A DNA stretch of 32,046 nucleotides from Flavobacteriaceae bacterium (GTDB lineage Bacteria > Bacteroidota > Bacteroidia > Flavobacteriales > Flavobacteriaceae): positions 1-32,046 of the forward strand of contig JAIEMH010000249.1 in the NCBI GenBank assembly GCA_019752245.1, read 5' to 3'. Below, one piece after another: positions 1-7,014 of the stretch. The notes under the pieces were generated by a model that did not search any database, had not been told where the DNA came from, and was given only the letters and a program-made list of their open reading frames with translations. Position 1 is the stretch's first letter. Every line of letters starts with the position of its first letter. A program made the translations under genes and the position numbers.

Positions 1-327
1 TTCGGCTTTCATTGAAGCTTGCTCTTTTTGCATTTCTGCCCTTCTAGCTTCCAATTCTTCTTTTGAAGGTTTTGCCTTTTCAATCATTTCAGCTTTTTTT
101 GCTTTCATTTCAGCTCTTTTTGCCTCTCGCTTTTCAACTTCTTTTGCAACCAAAACTCTAACTTCTTTTTCTTGCTTTTCATCCAAGCTCAAATCTTTAG
201 TTAATTTTTTTACTTGAAAATCAACACGTTGTTCTGGAGTTAGTTGCTCTCTTCTATCTCCTCTTTTTTCTTGTGCAAAAGTTGTTAAACCAACAACTAA
301 TAATGCAACTAAAAACAATTTTTTCAT
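1..327 (-). CDS. Secreted alpha-helical protein, DUF4890 / Spy-CpxP (LTxxQ)-like; runs off the window edge
   Basis: Not in the ORF track. CAT at 325-327 opens an uninterrupted minus frame to base 1: MKKLFLVALLVVGLTTFAQEKRGDRREQLTPEQRVDFQVKKLTKDLSLDEKQEKEV...; Sec signal peptide, LTPEQ motif, charged helical body. Confidence 0.8.
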   Translation of the reverse strand, partial: MKKLFLVALLVVGLTTFAQEKRGDRREQLTPEQRVDFQVKKLTKDLSLDEKQEKEVRVLVAKEVEKREAKRAEMKAKKAEMIEKAKPSKEELEARRAEMQKEQASMKAE

Positions 328-355
328 TTACTTATTTTTAAAAGTTATATCAATA

Positions 356-381
356 AGACAAAGGAATCCTTAAAAGGTTTA
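356..381 (-). promoter_or_regulatory. Candidate ECF-sigma promoter (TAAACC-N16-GTCT) for the 1-327 gene
   Basis: Minus strand reads TAAACC (381-376), a 16-nt spacer, then GTCT (359-356), about 30 nt before the ATG; matches the generic ECF AAC / GTC architecture. Confidence 0.45.
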
Positions 382-440
382 ATCCTTAACAAAAGTTTAA
401 TAAAGTTGATTTTTATTGATACTAATTGAAAATCCTATTG

Positions 441-448
441 TAAATTTG
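441..448 (+). promoter_or_regulatory. Bacteroidota primary-sigma -7 box TAAATTTG
   Basis: Exact TAnnTTTG; TTG at 416-418 is a possible -33 element; GTG start follows 4 nt later. Confidence 0.7.
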
Positions 449-452
449 CGCC

Positions 453-830
453 GTGAATAAATTAATAGTCATAATAGCATTAGCCCTTTTTCTTAAGCCA
501 GTTTTTCCGGTTGTAGAATATATTGTCAATTATGAGTATATTTCTAAAGTTCTTTGTGTTAATAAAGAAAAACCACAAATGAAGTGTAACGGAAAGTGTC
601 ATTTGATGAAAGAACTTGCCAAAGCTTCAGAAAGTGAAAAACCAATTTCTTCTGATAAAAAAGAAAATTCAAAACACGAAGTTGAAATCTTGTTTTTTCA
701 TGATATAAAACAATTAGAAATTAGTCCAATTTGTTTTATAAACAAAAATGCTATTGGTGATAACTATTCTAATTTATATTTTCATACAGTTAGTTATTCT
801 GCATTTCATCCGCCAACATTTATTTCTTAA
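453..830 (+). CDS. Small exported/membrane protein with CxxxCH and C-terminal FHPP; DUF2946 (CruR/CutF)-like leader ORF
   Basis: N-terminal hydrophobic segment, LCVNKEKPQMKCNGKCH, low-complexity linker, FHPP four residues before the stop; first gene of an mbnP-mbnH-like operon. Confidence 0.75.
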   Translation: MNKLIVIIALALFLKPVFPVVEYIVNYEYISKVLCVNKEKPQMKCNGKCHLMKELAKASESEKPISSDKKENSKHEVEILFFHDIKQLEISPICFINKNAIGDNYSNLYFHTVSYSAFHPPTFIS

Positions 831-942
831 ATTTTATCGATTGTCGATTCTAAATTATTGAATTGACCGAACTTTTATGTTCAAAATTGTTTGAAGAGTT
901 TTCTCTTTAGACGCAATTATTCTATAAATTTAATAAATAAAA

Positions 943-1740
943 ATGAAATTTCAATTAAAAAATATAGTAGCCGTAATGGCTTTGGCTTTAGTATTCACTG
1001 CATGCTCAAAAGACGACGATGCCATTAATGGTGAAGGCGCAATTGGTCTTGAATTTGACAATGTTTTTGGTGCTGCCAATTTGATACTAAACACACAATC
1101 AAATACTACTTCACAAGGTGAAAACTTAAAAATTTCTGATGTAAAATACATTGTTAGTAATATTGTTTTGACAAAAGCCGATGGAAGTACTTACACTTAT
1201 CCTAAAAGTCAAAGTTATTTTGTTGTTGATGAATCTAATGCTGACAGTCAAACAATTGAATTAACAAATATTCCAGCAGGAAACTACACTAAGGTTAAAT
1301 TTGGTATTGGTGTAGATCAAGCTCAATTCAATTTGGGTGCAACTGGTCAAGGTAACTTTTTAACTATTGCAGATGCTGCTGGAATGATGTGGTCTTGGAG
1401 TGCAGGTTATAAATTTGTACTTTTTGAAGGTGTATTTACTTCTGCAACTGTTGCCTCTGACACAAGTTTTATGGTGCATACTGGACAAACAGGCACTAAT
1501 TATAATTATACAGAAATTACGCTTGATTTTCCAGAGCAAGCTACCGTTAGAACCAATGTTTCTCCAGATGTTCACATTTTTGCTGACGTTGCTAAAATTA
1601 TTGACGGTACCAATAAAGTGAAATTGTCAGACAATAATATGGGCGGAATGGGAGCAATGATTATGGGTGGTGCAAATTTGCCTTTAATTACTTCAAATCT
1701 TTCAGAAATGTTTACTGTAAATCACGTTCATAACGACTAA
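943..1740 (+). CDS. mbnP: MbnP-family copper-binding lipoprotein
   Basis: Lipobox FTAC, MMWSWSAGYKF (WxW motif typical of MbnP), VHTG, C-terminal NHVHND; adjacent to a di-heme enzyme. Confidence 0.8.
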   Translation: MKFQLKNIVAVMALALVFTACSKDDDAINGEGAIGLEFDNVFGAANLILNTQSNTTSQGENLKISDVKYIVSNIVLTKADGSTYTYPKSQSYFVVDESNADSQTIELTNIPAGNYTKVKFGIGVDQAQFNLGATGQGNFLTIADAAGMMWSWSAGYKFVLFEGVFTSATVASDTSFMVHTGQTGTNYNYTEITLDFPEQATVRTNVSPDVHIFADVAKIIDGTNKVKLSDNNMGGMGAMIMGGANLPLITSNLSEMFTVNHVHND

Positions 1741-1748
1741 ATGAATTC

Positions 1749-1784
1749 AAAAAGCCGTTAGTGAATTATGCTTACGGCTTTTTT
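1749..1784 (+). terminator. Intra-operon terminator-like hairpin between mbnP and mbnH
   Basis: AAAAAGCCGT (1749-1758) / ACGGCTTTTT (1774-1783) inverted repeat ending in a T run. Confidence 0.6.
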
Positions 1785-1799
1785 AAAAAACTTATCAAA

Positions 1800-2840
1800 A
1801 TGAAAGCAAAATATTTGTTATTGCTCATTTTTTATGTCCTATTGAGTTGTTATAATGATGATTCTGATGATTATCAAAACATTCCAATTGATTTTCAAGT
1901 TCCAAGTAATTTTCCTCCATTAGCCTATGATTTGTCAAATAATCCATTGACTGAAAAAGGATTTGAACTCGGAAAAAAATTGTTTTATGATGGTCGACTT
2001 TCGTCAGATGGTTTAATTTCTTGTGGTTTTTGCCATATTCAGGAAAATGCCTTCACTCATCACGGACATTCGGTTAGTCATGGTGTTAACAATGCTTCAG
2101 GAACACGGAACTCGCCGCCAATTCAGAATTTAGCTTATCAAACTACGTTTATGTGGGATGGCGCTACATCTCATTTAGATTTACAGCCAATTATTCCGTT
2201 TACAAGCCCAATTGAAATGAATGGGAATTTTTCAAGTGCTATAAATATGATGAAAAATGATGTGATTTACCAAAAATTATTTAAGCAAGCTTTTATTGAC
2301 GGACAAATTAATTCGGAAAATATGCTGAAAGCTTTAGGGCAATTTATGGTAATGGTAACCTCAAGTAATTCAAGGTTTGATAAATTTAGGCGCAATGAAG
2401 CTGGCGGAACTTTAACTCAAGATGAACTCGGTGGATATGCTATTTTTAATCAAAAATGTGCTTCGTGTCATGCTACAGATATTTTTACTGACAATTCTTT
2501 TAGAAATAACGGATTGCCAGTAAACCCAGCAGTAAACGATGTGGGTCGTTATAGAGTTACAGAAATGACTCAGGATTTATATAAATTTAAAGTTCCTAGC
2601 TTGCGAAACATTGAAAAAACTGCGCCATACATGCATGATGGTCGTTTTTTTACTCTGGATGCTGTTTTAAATCACTATTCTTCGGGTATTGTAAATTCTG
2701 CAACTTTAGATTCAAGTTTGATTAACGGAACAAGTTTAGGAATTCCTTTATCAACATCAGAAAAATCAAAATTAATAGCTTTTCTTAAAACACTAACAGA
2801 CAATCAGTATTTAACAGATGCTCGATTTTCTGAATATTAA
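1800..2840 (+). CDS. mbnH: Di-heme cytochrome c peroxidase superfamily enzyme, MbnH/MauG type (lipoprotein)
   Basis: Two CxxCH motifs (CGFCH, CASCH), LGKKLFYDGRLS, FMWDG, FKVPSLRNI, PYMHDG, AVLNHY, LIAFLKTLTD. Start moved to ATG 1800 (MKAKYLLL...LLSC lipobox) because the GTG at 1761 lies within the hairpin. Confidence 0.85.
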   Translation: MKAKYLLLLIFYVLLSCYNDDSDDYQNIPIDFQVPSNFPPLAYDLSNNPLTEKGFELGKKLFYDGRLSSDGLISCGFCHIQENAFTHHGHSVSHGVNNASGTRNSPPIQNLAYQTTFMWDGATSHLDLQPIIPFTSPIEMNGNFSSAINMMKNDVIYQKLFKQAFIDGQINSENMLKALGQFMVMVTSSNSRFDKFRRNEAGGTLTQDELGGYAIFNQKCASCHATDIFTDNSFRNNGLPVNPAVNDVGRYRVTEMTQDLYKFKVPSLRNIEKTAPYMHDGRFFTLDAVLNHYSSGIVNSATLDSSLINGTSLGIPLSTSEKSKLIAFLKTLTDNQYLTDARFSEY

Positions 2841-2845
2841 TTACT

Positions 2846-3859
2846 ATGAAAAATTACTTATTATTTTTTCTGCTTGCATTTCAAATTGGCATTGCATCAG
2901 AAAATCACAAAAAGACAGGCTTTCTAAATTCAGCAAAGTCTTCTTCAAAAAAGGATACAATTCCAAACGTTATAGATTATAAAAAATATTTTTTTGCTTA
3001 CGATGAAGAGGAAGAAGATGATTGCGATGCTTGTGGATGTTCTGCAAGTGGCGGAAGCATGGGTTTTTCTTCTATGCTAAACTCAAATTTTGTTGGCGTT
3101 AGATATTTTAATCAAAGTTATAAAAGTACCGATGGATTGTACAGTAACTCTAAATGGTACAATGAAAATTTCAATACCATTCAGGTTTGGGCAAGAATCC
3201 CAGTTGTTAAAAATGTGCAGGTATCTGTTTTAGTTCCTTATCATTTTCATGATAGAGCTACCGAAACTGGAAAGCAAAATATAAGTGGATTGGGAGATAT
3301 TACTTTATTAGGAATGTATCGTTTGTATCAAACTCACAAAGACAGTACGCTTTTAGTTCATACACTGCAAGTTGGTGCTGGAGTAAAATTACCTTCTGGA
3401 AAATTTAACGAGGCAAGTTCTGGAAATATAAATCCGAGTTACCAAGTTGGAACTGGCAGTTGGGATTATCTTTTAGCAACAGAATATATAGTAAAGAGAA
3501 AGCAATTTGGTTTAAATACCATGTTGAATTACGTCATTAAAACTGAAAATCAAAAGTTTTATCGCTTTGGAAATCAGTTTAATTATGCTGGAACTTTTTT
3601 TTATTTATATGAAAAAGGAAAACGTTCTATTGTACCGCAATTAGGTTTTGCTGGTGAAGTTTATCAAGATAATTACCAACACAAACAAAAAGTAAGAAAT
3701 ACGGCTGGAGATGTTTTTTTTGGTAAACTGGGAATTGAACTTGGTAAAGATAAAATTTCTTTTGGAGCCAATGTTATGTTGCCAATTAATCAAAATTTAA
3801 CTGGTGGTAGAGTAGAGGCTAATTATAGATGGAGTTTAAACTTTAACTATGGCTTATAA
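2846..3859 (+). CDS. Outer-membrane beta-barrel transporter-family protein with N-terminal CxxCxC
   Basis: Signal peptide, DDCDACGC motif, GLGDITL, GVKLPSG, QVGTGSWD motifs, amphipathic strands, C-terminal WSLNFNYGL beta-signal-like end. Confidence 0.7.
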   Translation: MKNYLLFFLLAFQIGIASENHKKTGFLNSAKSSSKKDTIPNVIDYKKYFFAYDEEEEDDCDACGCSASGGSMGFSSMLNSNFVGVRYFNQSYKSTDGLYSNSKWYNENFNTIQVWARIPVVKNVQVSVLVPYHFHDRATETGKQNISGLGDITLLGMYRLYQTHKDSTLLVHTLQVGAGVKLPSGKFNEASSGNINPSYQVGTGSWDYLLATEYIVKRKQFGLNTMLNYVIKTENQKFYRFGNQFNYAGTFFYLYEKGKRSIVPQLGFAGEVYQDNYQHKQKVRNTAGDVFFGKLGIELGKDKISFGANVMLPINQNLTGGRVEANYRWSLNFNYGL

Positions 3860-3895
3860 AAAAGGTCGCTGTGAGGCGACCTTTTGATTTTTTTT
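3857..3895. terminator. Bidirectional intrinsic terminator
   Basis: AAAAGGTCGC (3860-3869) / GCGACCTTTT (3876-3885) with A and T runs, between convergent genes. Confidence 0.85.
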
Positions 3896-3901
3896 ATAAA
3901 C

Positions 3902-4270
3902 TTATTTTGTGACAGGAAACAGAGTAAGTCTTGTGTATAATTCTTTGTTATCTTGTAGTTTTTTTAATTGATCTGGAGACAAACCTCCCATTAGCTTTTG
4001 GCTGAACCTATCGAAAAGAGATTTCTTTTCTTCAATTGTTCTAGCATTATTTACTGCTTCTTCTCTCATAAATAATAAACTTGTTAAGTCTTTAGCAAGC
4101 TGATCGTCAAGTTTAACTGTTTTAGTTAAATCACTAATATTTTGTAAAACAGTTTCTTTAGATGATATTGTTGTTGTTTGGTTTGCATCTGTATTTTTTT
4201 TTGCTTCTTGTGCGTTTGAGCTTAAACTAAAAGCTAATGATAGTGTAAGTATTGCAATTATTCTTTTCAT
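3902..4270 (-). CDS. Secreted alpha-helical hypothetical protein (LSPDQ, LTxxQ-like)
   Basis: Signal peptide ending SNA-Q, charged helical body, LSPDQL motif. Confidence 0.8.
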   Translation of the reverse strand: MKRIIAILTLSLAFSLSSNAQEAKKNTDANQTTTISSKETVLQNISDLTKTVKLDDQLAKDLTSLLFMREEAVNNARTIEEKKSLFDRFSQKLMGGLSPDQLKKLQDNKELYTRLTLFPVTK

Positions 4271-4337
4271 AATCTTCTTTATATTAAAATGTTGAAAGGC
4301 GAATTTAGTAATTTTTTTTAAAAGTAAATAAATTTTT

Positions 4338-5084
4338 TTATTTCTTTTCTTTGGAAAGTTCTAATTTATACTTCAATAAATTTAAAAGTTGATTGTGGCC
4401 AATGTCAAAATTGCTGCTGGTAATGCTTATTAACGATTTAGAAGTAGCATAGAGTAGGGTAGAATACTTTCTTGTAATCCAATATTTTTGATTCTCAATA
4501 TATTTTTTGGTGTCAATCAATTCTATACTGATGAATTTATTGTTTTTTACTATGATTTCGTTTATTGCTTTAATGTCGCTCCAGTAAAATGTTTTGCTTT
4601 TAAAAACACCACTATTTATTGTGAAACCTCTTTCATTAATTTCAATGGAAGAGTTGTTATTAAACAATTTTAAGAAAGACACAATCAATCCAAAACCAAA
4701 GAAAAGAATGCCAATAACTCCAATTATTATTTTTTCATATTTATTTCCTAAATCAAAGCCTTCTGGATATAATGTTAATGGAATGCAAAGAATAACTATG
4801 AACAAGCAACTAAATAATAACAGGAGGTTTTTAGAGTAACTTCCTCTAATGATGATTGGATTTAAATGGTAGCTAATAAATTTGTTTTCCTTCGCATTTT
4901 CCTTATTTAGAAAATAAAGAAACAATCCGCATCCAGTAAAAAATAGGGTAGAGCAAACTAAAATTAATCTTTCTTTAAATAATTCTTGTGAGGAACTATC
5001 TTGGTCAACACAAGTATACGATTTATAAATTGCCCAACTTCCACCCAAAAAAAATAGAAAACAGATTAAATAAATTAATCGCAT
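4338..5084 (-). CDS. Membrane protein with STM3941/PH-like C-terminal domain
   Basis: Four hydrophobic segments then IEINERGFTIN...FYWSDIKAI motif. ATG 5084 preferred; alternative GTG at 5117. Confidence 0.65.
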   Translation of the reverse strand: MRLIYLICFLFFLGGSWAIYKSYTCVDQDSSSQELFKERLILVCSTLFFTGCGLFLYFLNKENAKENKFISYHLNPIIIRGSYSKNLLLLFSCLFIVILCIPLTLYPEGFDLGNKYEKIIIGVIGILFFGFGLIVSFLKLFNNNSSIEINERGFTINSGVFKSKTFYWSDIKAINEIIVKNNKFISIELIDTKKYIENQKYWITRKYSTLLYATSKSLISITSSNFDIGHNQLLNLLKYKLELSKEKK

Positions 5085-5121
5085 TTTCCATTTTTGAGTG
5101 TTTATGTTTTTGAGCACTGTT

Positions 5122-6813
5122 TTAGTTTAAAAAAACAGTTTTAAGGTCTCCGTCAACAACTACTTTAGTTAAACCATGTTTTGCTAAACCTTTCATTGCA
5201 GCATCCCATTTTTTTCCGCTTAAAGCAGATTTTTCTTTTAGCTGAGCGATAGGCTGATTGTTTTCTGATTTTAATAAACTAATAATCCATTTCTCATCTT
5301 CAGTAAGTTCAATCTGTTTTTTCTCAGGACGCATTTGAGGGAAAAATAATACTTCTTGAATAGAGGCATTATTCGTCAAGAACATTATCAATCTATCCAT
5401 TCCAATTCCTAATCCAGAAGTTGGAGGCATTCCATATTCTAAAGCTCTCAAGAAATCTTCGTCAATAATTCCGTTAGCTTCATCATCACCTTTTTCAGAA
5501 AGTGCCATTTGAGCCTCAAATCGTTCGCGTTGGTCAATAGGATCATTCAATTCAGAATAAGCATTGGCAACTTCTTTACCACAAATCATCAATTCAAATC
5601 GCTCTGTAAGTTCAGGATTATCTCTATGTTGTTTACACAATGGCGACATTTCTTTAGGATAATCAGTGATGAAGGTAGGTTGTATAAAATTCCCTTCACA
5701 TTTTTCTCCAAAAATCTCATCAATCAATTTTCCTTTACCCATCGTTGCATCTACTTCAATACCCATAGATTTTGCAGCGTCAAATAATTCAGCTTCACTT
5801 TTTCCAGAAATATCAAAACCTGTAAATTGCTTAATTGCATCTGTCATTGTAACTCTAGCATAAGGCGCTTTAAAGTTTACTTTATGTTCGCCAAAAGTAG
5901 CTTCGGTAGTTCCGTTTACTTCCTTGGCACAATGTTCCAAAAGGTTTTCTGTAAATTCCATCATCCAATTGTAGTCTTTGTAGGCTACATAAATTTCCAT
6001 TGCGGTAAATTCTGGATTGTGAGTTCTATCCATTCCTTCATTTCTAAAATTTTTAGAAAACTCATACACACCATCAAAACCACCAACAATTAATCTTTTT
6101 AGATACAATTCGTTAGCAATTCTTAAATATAAAGGAATATCCAATGCATTGTGATGCGAAATAAATGGTCTTGCCGCAGCACCTCCAGGAATCGCCTGAA
6201 GAATTGGAGTTTCAACCTCAATGTAACCAGCAGTGTTAAAAAAGTTTCTCATGGCTGTGAACAATTTTGTTCTTTTCATGAAAACTTCTTTCACATTTGG
6301 ATTCACAACCAAGTCTACATAACGCATTCTGTAACGTAATTCTGCATCATTAAAAGCATCATGAACAGTTCCTTCTTCATCCGTTTTTGGTAATGGTAAT
6401 GGTCGTAATGTTTTACTTAAAAAAGTAAAGCCATCAACACGAACACATTGTGCGCCAACTTTTGTAGTAAAAAGTTCACCTTCAATACCTATAAAATCTC
6501 CTAAATCGGTTAGTTTTTTAAACACTTGATTGTACATTGTCTTGTCTTCACCAAGGCACAACATATCTCGGTTAAGATACAATTGAACTCTGCCTTCACT
6601 ATCTTGCAATTCAGCAAAACAAGCCTTTCCTTGATCGCGAACACTCATCAATCTTCCAGCAATAATAACCTTCTTGCCGTCTTCAAAATTTTCCTTTACC
6701 TGTTTCGAAGTGTGATTAACAGGAAATAAATTTGCCGGATAAGGGTTAATACCAAGAGCACGCAAAGCGTCAAGTTTTTCTCTTCTAATGATTTCTTGTT
6801 CTGAAAGTTGCAT
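5122..6813 (-). CDS. lysS: Lysine--tRNA ligase (class II)
   Basis: RYRMRYVDL, EVETPIL, GGAAARPF, YLRIANELYLKRLIVGG, FRNEG, HNPEFT, EYGMPPTSGLGIGMDRL. Confidence 0.99.
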   Translation of the reverse strand: MQLSEQEIIRREKLDALRALGINPYPANLFPVNHTSKQVKENFEDGKKVIIAGRLMSVRDQGKACFAELQDSEGRVQLYLNRDMLCLGEDKTMYNQVFKKLTDLGDFIGIEGELFTTKVGAQCVRVDGFTFLSKTLRPLPLPKTDEEGTVHDAFNDAELRYRMRYVDLVVNPNVKEVFMKRTKLFTAMRNFFNTAGYIEVETPILQAIPGGAAARPFISHHNALDIPLYLRIANELYLKRLIVGGFDGVYEFSKNFRNEGMDRTHNPEFTAMEIYVAYKDYNWMMEFTENLLEHCAKEVNGTTEATFGEHKVNFKAPYARVTMTDAIKQFTGFDISGKSEAELFDAAKSMGIEVDATMGKGKLIDEIFGEKCEGNFIQPTFITDYPKEMSPLCKQHRDNPELTERFELMICGKEVANAYSELNDPIDQRERFEAQMALSEKGDDEANGIIDEDFLRALEYGMPPTSGLGIGMDRLIMFLTNNASIQEVLFFPQMRPEKKQIELTEDEKWIISLLKSENNQPIAQLKEKSALSGKKWDAAMKGLAKHGLTKVVVDGDLKTVFLN

Positions 6814-6833
6814 ATATAGTGTATTTAAGCGTG

Positions 6834-6841
6834 CAAAGATA
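6834..6841 (-). promoter_or_regulatory. -7 box TATCTTTG for lysS
   Basis: Exact TAnnTTTG on the minus strand, 20 nt upstream of the ATG. Confidence 0.7.
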
Positions 6842-6888
6842 ATAAAAGAATACAGAATTTATAATGCATATTTTTAGATTTTTAGAAG

Positions 6889-6973
6889 CGAATGGCTTGG
6901 GCTTTTTCTACTTTCCATATTCCCGCTTTCCATTCTATCCCGAAGTTTCGGGATGCCACTGCAATCGGGGCTA
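6889..6973 (+). ncRNA. Structured intergenic repeat, Flavo-1-like RNA motif, copy 1
   Basis: TCCCGCTTTCCATTCT-ATCCCGAA-GT-TTCGGGAT-GCCACTGCAATCGGGGCTA; homologous to 16400-16488. Family name and strand rest on recalled similarity, not a search. Confidence 0.6.
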
Positions 6974-6989
6974 GATAGCAAACTTTTTG

Positions 6990-6997
6990 TATATTTG
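6990..6997 (+). promoter_or_regulatory. -7 box TATATTTG
   Basis: Exact TAnnTTTG 17 nt before ATG 7015. Confidence 0.65.
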
Positions 6998-7014
6998 TAA
7001 AAATTTTAAATCAC

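Noticed and set aside
951-1621. Short alternative ORFs 951-1151, 1360-1575 and 1400-1621
   Set aside because: They overlap the well-supported mbnP on the opposite strand or in another frame and have no recognisable motifs.
453-3859. Methanobactin or other RiPP biosynthetic cluster with the 125-aa ORF as precursor
   Set aside because: No MbnB/MbnC-like or other maturase genes are present, and the ORF has an export segment and is much longer than MbnA-type precursors.
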